A stretch of DNA of 64,000 nt from Candidatus Marinacidobacterales bacterium (GTDB taxonomy: Bacteria; Acidobacteriota; Vicinamibacteria; Marinacidobacterales; SMYC01), in NCBI GenBank assembly GCA_965224085.1, contig CBDCYI010000009.1:448001-512000 (forward strand), in the 5' to 3' direction. The position numbers and the translations under genes were made by a program. The notes beneath the pieces are model-generated. The model had not been told where the DNA came from. It did not search any database and worked only from the letters and a program-made list of their open reading frames with translations. This document shows positions 21,142 to 29,497 of the stretch, one piece after another (within the stretch, counting starts at the first letter, position 1; every line of letters begins with the position of its first letter).

Positions 21142-24100
21142 CTAGCGACCGATTAGCATCTCTTCTTCGCGCTGCCAGTAGAACGGCTCGAACGGCACTT
21201 TCTCCGGCCAGAGTTGGTCCAGCGTCTCCCCTTCGAAGAGCTCGCCGTTGTTCATCACGTAGAGAATGTCGGTGCTGTGGCGGATGTTCTCGACGGGATT
21301 CTCGTTGAGCACGACGAGGTCCGCGATTTTGCCCGGCTCGATCGAGCCGAGATCCGCTTCGAGACCGATCGCTTCCGCGCCGGCCAGCGTGGCGGCACGC
21401 AGCGCCTCGAGCGGCGTCAACCCGCCCATCTCGAACATCCACAGCTCCCAGTGGGTCGCCAGCCCCTGCTCTTCTCCGTGACCTCCCACCACGGCGGAGC
21501 CACCCTGGCGAATCGTCGCGGCCGCTGCTTCGGCGGCGAGCACGAAGCGGTAATCCTCTTCGAGCGCCAGCAGGCGGCGGCGGGTCTTTCGATCGATCTC
21601 TTCGTGGGGAACGAATCGCCTCAGCTTGGCGTCGGCGTGTAGATCGGTTTTCTGGCGAAAATAGTACTCGCCTTGAGGGCCGACGAGGTCCACGACGAGT
21701 GTGGGGCAATAGAACGTCTTTCCTCGCGCCATGAGCTCGACAACGTCCCGGTAGACGGGGACGGCCGGGATACTGTGCTCGAAGCCGGTGAACCCATCCA
21801 GCACGTGGGTCATGTCGAAAGCGAGGTGATTGCCTCCGTCGGCCGTCGCGTTGAGACCTTCTTCTCTCGCCGCCATCATGAGCCACTGCCGCTGAATGCG
21901 GCGCGGCTGCAGGTACTCCTTGATCGCGATCGCCCCGAGCTTCTTGTACTGCCGGACGATATTGCGAGCGTCCTCGAGACTGTCGATTCGTGCCGCGCTC
22001 ACGTTCATGGCGGAGCCGGTGCTGAAGATCCGTTGTCCTGTCAACTCACCCGCCTCGACCATCTCGGCGTAGGTGAAGATCGCCTGGTTATCAGCCGAGG
22101 GATCGAAACCGGTGGTGACGCCGTAAGCGAGATGCGCAGCCAGCGACCACGCTCTTTCCGGAATGATGTCTCGGACCGGCCGCAGATGATCGTGCACGTC
22201 GATAAGGCCAGGAACGATGGTCTTTCCAGCGACGTCGAAGACTTGCGCGTCGTCCGGAATGGGGATGTCACCGCTTCGGCCGACCGCCATGATACGGTGG
22301 TTCTCCACCACGACGTCGCCCTGAGGAAGGATCTCGTCTCCACGCATGGTGACGATGCGAGCGCCCCGGAGCGCCACACGGCCGCTTTTGGTATGACGCG
22401 GCACCGATAGCGTGATCGAAAGCTCCGAAGGCTTCAGCTCAGAACCCTCAGCCTCCAGCACGTCATCGCGGTCGATGCGATAAAAGTGATTGGTGACCGC
22501 CCAGCTCAACGTCTCACCATCGGCGGCCCAGTTGAGATCGGCCGCCCCCTCGCGGGTGATTCGCCTCACTGGCACCGCGGGTGCATCCAGATCGATCGTG
22601 AGTGGCTCGCTGGTTCGCGGCATCGCGACGAGGTAGCCATCGCCTCGCAAGAGGAAGGCCGCCGATGCACCGTCGGGAGAAGCGATTGCCTGGGAGGCTC
22701 CGGGAAGCCGCAGGTGTGCCCGCCCGTCCGTGCCGTCGAGCCGTACAGAACGGACGATCACTGCATCCCGCAAGTCGCGCCTTTCGGTAAGCGTTTCATG
22801 GTCCAGGTAGAAGATGCGCTCGCCGTCGAGGCGGAACGTGGGCTGCTGGGCGGGCCGCCTTCGGCCGGGTGCCGGGATCGGGGAGTCGGTAACGAGAAAG
22901 GACTTTCCTCCTTCGGACGATACCCACCGAATCTGCTGTACGTCGCTGAAGTCCTGCGCGAGCCAGGCGCGCGCCGAGCCCATCACGTAGACGAGTCTCT
23001 CGCCGTCGGCGGACCAGCTCGGGTGGTGATAGTAGCCAGGAACCTGACTCAGTCGCTTCGGAGTTCCGCCCTCCGCTGGTACCTTCCAGAGGTGCCCGCC
23101 CTCCTGGTCGGTCCAGCTCACGTAGGCCACGAAGCGTCCGTCGGGAGAAAACCGCGGCGCGTACTCCCTATCGGCGCAGTCGGTGAGTCGTCGCGGCTGG
23201 CCGTCGGGGAGATCCGCCGTCCAGATCTTTCCGAGGGCGCTGAAAACGAGACGGGTCCCATCGGGTGACGCACTCATCCAGCGAAGCTGGCGCGCCTGCA
23301 CCGGACCCTCCTCGAGGCGACGAGAGAAGTGCACCAGCGGCGCGAGTTCCTGTTGCACGTGCGCCGTGAAACGAATCAGGGTCACTTCCGAAGAGCGCAC
23401 ATCGACCGTGTGAATCTTGCCTCCGAACGAGGCCACCACGGCGTTGCCGTCGGGCGTGAACGCGTATCCCGGCAGCAGATCGGTCGCGACATGCCCCTCC
23501 TGTTCGTCCCGGTCGATGGGATACACGAGCCACCGCTCGTCACCGCTCTCGAGATCCCGCAAGCGGAGGCCCGTCCGGGCGTCGTGCCGCGAGCCGTAGA
23601 CGAGAGATCGTCCGTCCGGGGAGAGGGACGGGCGGAGCCCACCGCCGTAGGCGGCGGTGAGCGTTTCGAGTTCGCCGGTCTCCCGGTCCAGTCGTCTTAA
23701 TTGCCAGTGCCCCAGATCAAGGTTGTAGATGTGGCGGTTCGGACTGCTCGAGAAGTAGAGGTAGCGCCCATCGGGAGAGAAGACCGGCCCGGCCACCGAC
23801 CGTGTCGGCCCTTCGGGACGGGTGAGCTGGACGCCCTTGCCACCGTGTTTGTGGAAGAGCCAGAGCTCCTTGAAGTCGAGAGTGGTCTCGCCTCGTCGCG
23901 CTGCGATGTAATTCCCGTCGGGCGAGAAGGCCGGAGCACCGAAGACGAATTTCGTCTCCTGGGTGATCGATCGGAGATCGCTGCCGTCGGCGGAAATGAG
24001 CCAGAGGTTGTCGGTGCCGTCGCGGTCGCTGACGAAGACGAGCTCTCTTCCGTCCGGTGAGAAGCGTGGCTGGTTGTCCCAGGCCGGACCTTTGGTGATG

Positions 24101-24363
24101 CGCGTCGCATCCCCTCCCTCCATGGGCAGCAGATACAGATCCCCCATGAGATCGAAGACGATCTGGCTGCCGTCGGGGGAGACGTCCAGGGACAACCACG
24201 TGCCCTCATCGGTGGTGAAATCCACCGTGCGCGTGGTCTCGAGGGGCAGGGCGTAGCCAGCTCTCCCGTCCCCCGGCGCGGTCTGAGCGAACAAGCCGTG
24301 ACAGGAGAGCAGAAACACCACTCCCCAATAGAGTTCTCTTCGGTTTTTCAGAAACATGGCCAC
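21142..24363 (-). CDS. Amidohydrolase with N-terminal TolB-like beta-propellers
   Basis: FTTDEGTWLSLDVSPDG, many SPDG repeats, PGLIDVHDH, GGHGE, GSIEPGKIADLV. Confidence 0.9.
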   Translation of the reverse strand: MAMFLKNRRELYWGVVFLLSCHGLFAQTAPGDGRAGYALPLETTRTVDFTTDEGTWLSLDVSPDGSQIVFDLMGDLYLLPMEGGDATRITKGPAWDNQPRFSPDGRELVFVSDRDGTDNLWLISADGSDLRSITQETKFVFGAPAFSPDGNYIAARRGETTLDFKELWLFHKHGGKGVQLTRPEGPTRSVAGPVFSPDGRYLYFSSSPNRHIYNLDLGHWQLRRLDRETGELETLTAAYGGGLRPSLSPDGRSLVYGSRHDARTGLRLRDLESGDERWLVYPIDRDEQEGHVATDLLPGYAFTPDGNAVVASFGGKIHTVDVRSSEVTLIRFTAHVQQELAPLVHFSRRLEEGPVQARQLRWMSASPDGTRLVFSALGKIWTADLPDGQPRRLTDCADREYAPRFSPDGRFVAYVSWTDQEGGHLWKVPAEGGTPKRLSQVPGYYHHPSWSADGERLVYVMGSARAWLAQDFSDVQQIRWVSSEGGKSFLVTDSPIPAPGRRRPAQQPTFRLDGERIFYLDHETLTERRDLRDAVIVRSVRLDGTDGRAHLRLPGASQAIASPDGASAAFLLRGDGYLVAMPRTSEPLTIDLDAPAVPVRRITREGAADLNWAADGETLSWAVTNHFYRIDRDDVLEAEGSELKPSELSITLSVPRHTKSGRVALRGARIVTMRGDEILPQGDVVVENHRIMAVGRSGDIPIPDDAQVFDVAGKTIVPGLIDVHDHLRPVRDIIPERAWSLAAHLAYGVTTGFDPSADNQAIFTYAEMVEAGELTGQRIFSTGSAMNVSAARIDSLEDARNIVRQYKKLGAIAIKEYLQPRRIQRQWLMMAAREEGLNATADGGNHLAFDMTHVLDGFTGFEHSIPAVPVYRDVVELMARGKTFYCPTLVVDLVGPQGEYYFRQKTDLHADAKLRRFVPHEEIDRKTRRRLLALEEDYRFVLAAEAAAATIRQGGSAVVGGHGEEQGLATHWELWMFEMGGLTPLEALRAATLAGAEAIGLEADLGSIEPGKIADLVVLNENPVENIRHSTDILYVMNNGELFEGETLDQLWPEKVPFEPFYWQREEEMLIGR

Positions 24364-24389
24364 TCCTCGCTTTGAGCTCGTTTCGTCGC

Positions 24390-24822
24390 TTACTTATACC
24401 GCCACTCGCACCGATGACGCACTCCCTGAGCGAAACGGGCTTCCGGCTCGCGCACGTCGAGCTGGCCGATTTCGAGCCGGCTTCCGAGATCCGCGGTAGG
24501 CTCCAGAAGCTCGAAGGGCTGGAGGTAGGAAGCTCCGTCGTGGAGCTCGAGTCCGACCCGCTCGAACTTGGCGGCGACATACTCTTTGGCGATTGGCGAT
24601 TTCGTAACCCTCATCGCCGTTATCGCGGCCGCGCAGCAGATCGTGTGACAGGAACCTGAGATGGCTCCGGACAAGAGTGGGCGTGATGCGCTCGAGCCCA
24701 GCCTCGAGCGCTTCCTCTTGACGGTCACATCCGAGGATCGCCAGGCTCGACGTGACGAGCCGGGCGAGGGCGAGACGGACTGCGGGCCCGCAGAGGATAG
24801 CACCACATTTTATCTCCGCCAC
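24390..24822 (-). pseudogene. M28-family peptidase N-terminal remnant
   Basis: SHLRFLSHDLLRGR..EYVAAKFERVGL..SYLQPF; frameshift from a 7-bp duplication at 24588-24601. Confidence 0.7.
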
Positions 24823-24859
24823 CTTTCACCCTGTTGCTTCTGGGGAGCTAAAAGTACTT

Positions 24860-25335
24860 TCAGGTTCGCCGGCGCGGATCGAGAGCTTCTCTCAAGGCAT
24901 CGCCCGTTAGATTGAGACAGAGGGTCACCACAAAGATCACCAGTCCGGGAATCGTGGGGACATGAGGTGCGACCGGCAGCAACTGTTGACCTTGACTCAG
25001 CATAGACCCCCAATCAGGCTCTGGAGGTAGGACTCCCAGCCCCAAAAAGCTGAGTCCGCTCCCCAGGATGATCATACGACCTGCTTCCAGGGTAGTCAGC
25101 ACAATGATGGGCGAGACGATGTTGGGAAATATGTGTCGCCAAATGATTTGCCATGAGCTTGCTCCGACCGCAATCGCAGCAGCTACATACTCCCGCTCCC
25201 GAATCGAAAGAGTAGAAGAGCGGATAATAAGTGCAAAACGGGGAATAGCAATCACCGATAGTGAGATGATGACATTGGTTGTCCCCGGCCCGATTGCCGC
25301 TGCGATGCCCAACGCCAGAAGGATAGAGGGAAACG
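24860..25335 (-). pseudogene. Peptide ABC permease DppC/OppC, 5'-truncated at IS1634
   Basis: FPSILLAL, REYVAAAIAVGAS, HIFPN, LSFLGLG, DWGSML, NLTGDALREALDP. Confidence 0.85.
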
Positions 25336-27273
25336 CTAGACAGAAGTTCCCCTAACAGAAACACCTAGAACGGGGTGTAATTCATTGATTCTAAGTGGGA
25401 AACGAGAAAATGTGGCCCCACAAGTTTTCCCATGTATTGATCTGTTTTATATTGATATTAAGCTTTTTATGTGTATTATTGTTGCCATGTATGTCGACAT
25501 CGTTCCCAACCGGAACTCCCGGCCAGCCATCTTGTTGCGCGAGGGTTGGCGAGAGGGAAAGCGCATCCGAAAACGCACCATCGCCAATCTGACGGAGTGG
25601 CCCAAGGCCAAGGTCGAAGCCCTGCGACGCTTACTGAGAGACGAGCCCTTGATGGCTCCGTCGGATGTGTTCGTCGTGCAGCGGACACTGCCCCACGGCC
25701 ATGTCGAGGCAGTGCTCGGCACCATCCACCAACTGGAACTCGATAGACTCATCGCGTCGAAACGATGTCGCGAACGCGATCTGGTTATCGCCATGATTGC
25801 CGAGCAACTCATTCATCCCAGCTCGAAGTTGGGCACGACACGACTGTGGCACACGACAACGCTGGCGCAAGAGCTCGGCGTGGTCGATGCGGACGAAGAT
25901 GATCTCTATGCGGCAATGGATTGGTTGATCCAGCGCCAGTCTCGGATCGAAAAGAAGCTGGCGAGTCGACACCTTTCCGAGGGTGCACAGGTGCTTTACG
26001 ATGTGAGCAGTAGCTACTATGAAGGACGCACCTGTCCACTGGCTCTTTTCGGCTACGGCCGAGATGGTAAAAAGGGCAAACCCATCGTTGTCTATGGAGT
26101 GTTAACGGACCACGAAGGACGTCCCGTGGCCGTGGAGGTCTACCCGGGGAACACAGGGGATCCGACGACACTGCCGGATCAAGTACAAAAGCTTCGTGAG
26201 CGTTTTGAGCTTCAACAGGTGGTGCTGGTTGGTGACCGGGGCTTGCTCACTCAGACTCAGATTAAGGCTCTAAGGCAATACCCAGGACTTGGCTGGATCT
26301 CAGCCTTGCGTTCGACAGCGATTCGCAAACTACTGGACACGGAGTGTTTGCAGCTGTCGCTGTTCGACCAAAAAAACCTGGCGGAGATCACTTCTATTGA
26401 TTTTCCCGGTGAGCGACTGATTGCTTGCTACAACCCTCTGCTGGCCGAAGAGAGGCGAAGGAAGCGCCAGGCCCTGCTTGAAGCGACCGAGGCCAAGTTC
26501 GACAAGATCCGCCGACAGGTTGCCCGGCGAACGAAAACTCCTTTGGACAAAGCTGAAATTGGCAAGAAGGTCGGAAAGGTGCTCAACCATTACAAAGTGG
26601 GCAAGCACTTCACACTGAAGATCGAAGATAGCCTTTTTAGCTACAGCAGACGCGAGGAAAGCATTCGCCGAGAATCGGAACGCGACGGCATCTACGTAAT
26701 CCGCACCAGCGAGCCGCTTGAGCATCTCTCGGCCGAGGACACCGTGCGCAGCTACAAGCGGCTCTCTCAGGTTGAACAAGCCTTTCGTTGTTTGAAGGGC
26801 ATCGACCTGTTAGTACGACCCATCCGCCATCGCGATGCCCAACGCGTGCGGGCACACATCTTCTTGTGCTTGCTCGCCTACTATGTGCAATGGCACATGA
26901 AAAAGGCCCTTGCTCCACTACTTTTCGTCGACGAGCAACTTGACGCCGACCGCGAGACCCGAGACCCCGTCTTGCCAGCTCTGCCCTCGACTTCGGCCAA
27001 AAACAAAAAGAGCGTCCGTCGCACATCTGACGGATTACCTATTCACAGTTTCCCCACGCTTCTTGCCGAGCTTGCTACCCGCAGTCTCAACCTTTGCCAA
27101 CTCAAAGCCGACCCGACCGCTCCACCATTCCAGATGGTGACCGAAGCCAACTCAACACAACAACGCGCAATGCAACTGCTCGGTTTGTTCCCAGTGCCGG
27201 GAAACCTTCCCTGATGAAAAACTCCACGCGTTCAATACATTACGTCTGGCCTAAGCCGGGAACTTCCGGTTAG
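25336..27273 (+). mobile_element. IS1634-family element
   Basis: Imperfect TIR CTAGACAGAAGTTCCC / GGGAACTTCCGGTTAG around a long transposase. Confidence 0.88.
25487..27214 (+). CDS. IS1634-family transposase
   Basis: LYDVSSSYYEG, GYGRDGK, VGDRG, YKRLSQVEQAFRCLK, RVRAHIFLC. Confidence 0.93.
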   Translation: MYVDIVPNRNSRPAILLREGWREGKRIRKRTIANLTEWPKAKVEALRRLLRDEPLMAPSDVFVVQRTLPHGHVEAVLGTIHQLELDRLIASKRCRERDLVIAMIAEQLIHPSSKLGTTRLWHTTTLAQELGVVDADEDDLYAAMDWLIQRQSRIEKKLASRHLSEGAQVLYDVSSSYYEGRTCPLALFGYGRDGKKGKPIVVYGVLTDHEGRPVAVEVYPGNTGDPTTLPDQVQKLRERFELQQVVLVGDRGLLTQTQIKALRQYPGLGWISALRSTAIRKLLDTECLQLSLFDQKNLAEITSIDFPGERLIACYNPLLAEERRRKRQALLEATEAKFDKIRRQVARRTKTPLDKAEIGKKVGKVLNHYKVGKHFTLKIEDSLFSYSRREESIRRESERDGIYVIRTSEPLEHLSAEDTVRSYKRLSQVEQAFRCLKGIDLLVRPIRHRDAQRVRAHIFLCLLAYYVQWHMKKALAPLLFVDEQLDADRETRDPVLPALPSTSAKNKKSVRRTSDGLPIHSFPTLLAELATRSLNLCQLKADPTAPPFQMVTEANSTQQRAMQLLGLFPVPGNLP

Positions 27274-27335
27274 CGAAACGGAGGCGTCTGTTCTATGATA
27301 CCGGCTTCTTGAGCGGTCTACCCGCCAGATGGAGG

Positions 27336-27917
27336 ATGACTATTTTGCCATTTCGAAAATATCTCATTTTCGTAGCAGCGAGCCTGCTCGTGCCTTATAT
27401 GGCACTTGCCCAGGACGAGGATACCGCCAGCTCCGAGGACGCGACCTACGCCCTCATTGATGCTGTCATCGACGCCGATACCCGCGAGGTCCAGAACCAG
27501 CTGGGCGAAGGCGCCGACGCCAGCGTGAAGACGGATGAGGGACTCCCGGTCGTGGGCTATGCCGCCATGAAGGGCGAGGCCGACATCGTCGCCGCGCTCG
27601 TCGAGGCGGGAGCAGATCTCGAAGCTAAGGACAAGACTGGGGCGACAGCGCTGATGTATGCCGCGCAGTTCAATAACAACGAGATCGTCACCGCGCTCAT
27701 CGAGGCTAGCGCCAGCGTGAACGCGACCGACAATCTTGGTTGGACGCCGCTCATGCGTGCGGTAATCGGCGGGAATCTCGACGCCGTCACCGCGCTCATG
27801 GAAGCCGGCGCGGACGTGAACGCGATCGATTTTTTTGGCCGTTCTGCCGTTCGCATCGCGGAAGGCCGCGATCTCGACGAGATCCTCGGCGCGCTCAACG
27901 GCTCACCCGACTCCTGA
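27336..27917 (+). CDS. Secreted ankyrin-repeat protein
   Basis: Signal peptide; GATALMYAA, GWTPLMRA, GADVN repeats. Confidence 0.9.
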   Translation: MTILPFRKYLIFVAASLLVPYMALAQDEDTASSEDATYALIDAVIDADTREVQNQLGEGADASVKTDEGLPVVGYAAMKGEADIVAALVEAGADLEAKDKTGATALMYAAQFNNNEIVTALIEASASVNATDNLGWTPLMRAVIGGNLDAVTALMEAGADVNAIDFFGRSAVRIAEGRDLDEILGALNGSPDS

Positions 27918-27985
27918 GCGACGAAGACACTGTAGCTGAGCTCGAAACCGGGCCGCCCGAGCATGGCTGGGAGGATTCTGGAGTT

Positions 27986-28639
27986 TTGACGCCGGAGGCT
28001 TTCGAGCTTCTTTGTGCTCGGCGGGCCCAACGCGCGTTGGTGCTGGCCGAGCGTTATCTCGAATCTCGCCAGGCGCTTGCGTTCTACGGAGCCGTCGCCT
28101 CATTTCAACGCGCGCTCGGCTCTTTCGAGGATCTCAGAACGCTTGCCGAAGAGCAAGGCCCCGCGGTGCTCGCGCGCGCCTCCCGGGAGCTGGACGAGAA
28201 GGCTTGCGAGAAGGCGATGGGCGCCTATCTATCGGGCGCCGACCGACTATCGCCTCGTGCTTTCTTCGCCCGGGTACTTCTGCAACGTGACCAGACGTGC
28301 ATGCAGGATTCGCACCTGGCTCAGCTGGGAGTCATCGTGCCTCAAGGGGACGGCACGGCCCTCGAGCTGCAATGTGCGCTCTGTTTCGAAGTGTGGCGCC
28401 ACGAAAAAGGGCGCTGCCACGCTTGTGGTGAAACAGCGCTTGGACACTACGCCGCCCCGGAGCTCGCGCACCTGGAAGTCCAGGCGTGTGAATCCTGCGG
28501 GACCTATTTGAATCTCGTCCACCAGGAAAAGGACCCCGAAGCGGTCCCGGATGTCGACGAGATCGCTGCACTGCCGCTCGATGTCTGGGCCAAAGAAAAA
28601 GGCTTTCGTAAACCCATCCCGAATCTCATCGGGATGTGA
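27986..28639 (+). CDS. fdhE: Formate dehydrogenase accessory protein FdhE
   Basis: CALC..W..CHACG, ACESCGTY, VDEIAALPLDVWA; start (TTG after GGAG) uncertain. Confidence 0.8.
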   Translation: MTPEAFELLCARRAQRALVLAERYLESRQALAFYGAVASFQRALGSFEDLRTLAEEQGPAVLARASRELDEKACEKAMGAYLSGADRLSPRAFFARVLLQRDQTCMQDSHLAQLGVIVPQGDGTALELQCALCFEVWRHEKGRCHACGETALGHYAAPELAHLEVQACESCGTYLNLVHQEKDPEAVPDVDEIAALPLDVWAKEKGFRKPIPNLIGM

Positions 28640-28641
28640 CA

Positions 28642-29415
28642 CTAGCTTTTTGTCTGGAGCGTGAAGTCGACTTCAACGTCCGCGAGGACGTTGATGGGAG
28701 CGCCGTCCACACTCGCGGGCTTGAACTTCCACGTCTTCACGGCCGCGATCGCGGCGCCGTCGAGCCCGTTGTCGAGTCTCTGGTGAAGGCGTACGGCCCC
28801 GATCGAGCCGTCTTTGCGGATGATGATCCTCAAGATGACGCGTCCCTCGATGCCGCGGTCAAAAGCGCTCTCTGTGTAGAGGGGCGGTGTGTCCTCGACG
28901 AGCTCCGGCGGGATGAGCAGCTCCGTTTCTAGGGTGACGGGTCTTTCGGTGAGAAAAATTCGAGCTCGACTCGGCTGGCTCGCAATAAGAATGATCTGTG
29001 CGAGATAAGTCCGCCCGCGCTCTTTCGCCCAGCCGAGAGCCGTTCGCCCGCGCCGGTCGAGGACCGTCGTGTCCGCTCCCGCCATCAACATCAGCCGGGC
29101 CGCGTCCACGCGACCTCTTTTGACCGCAATGATAAGCGCCGTATCGCCTCCGTTGTTCTGGAGGTCGAGGTTCGCTTGCGCCTTCGTAAGCAACGTCACG
29201 AGCTCAGGCTTGTTTCCACGGGCCGCATACATGAGCGCCGTGTACCCGTCTCGATCCGCCGCGTCTGGGTCCACAACCGGGTTCCCAAGCAGAAGCTGAG
29301 CCGCTTCATAGTCACCGTCGCGGACCTCTTTCCGGAGCGCCTCGTCAAGGTCCTGCCCCTGCTCAAACCCCGCAAACCCCACTAAAAGAAGCCCGACCCA
29401 AATCCGGTGAAACAT
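28642..29415 (-). CDS. Ankyrin-repeat / TonB C-terminal domain fusion protein
   Basis: Signal peptide; GYTALMYAA, GDTALIIA; PLYTESA..IEGRVIL..LDGAAIAAVKTWKFKPA. Confidence 0.85.
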   Translation of the reverse strand: MFHRIWVGLLLVGFAGFEQGQDLDEALRKEVRDGDYEAAQLLLGNPVVDPDAADRDGYTALMYAARGNKPELVTLLTKAQANLDLQNNGGDTALIIAVKRGRVDAARLMLMAGADTTVLDRRGRTALGWAKERGRTYLAQIILIASQPSRARIFLTERPVTLETELLIPPELVEDTPPLYTESAFDRGIEGRVILRIIIRKDGSIGAVRLHQRLDNGLDGAAIAAVKTWKFKPASVDGAPINVLADVEVDFTLQTKS

Positions 29416-29497
29416 CCCCCCGAGTCTAGCACGAAGCCCAAACCGCCCCCCCCTCGCCGGCCGAGAGTGTAGGAAAAGGAGATGTGGAGCCAGCCCT

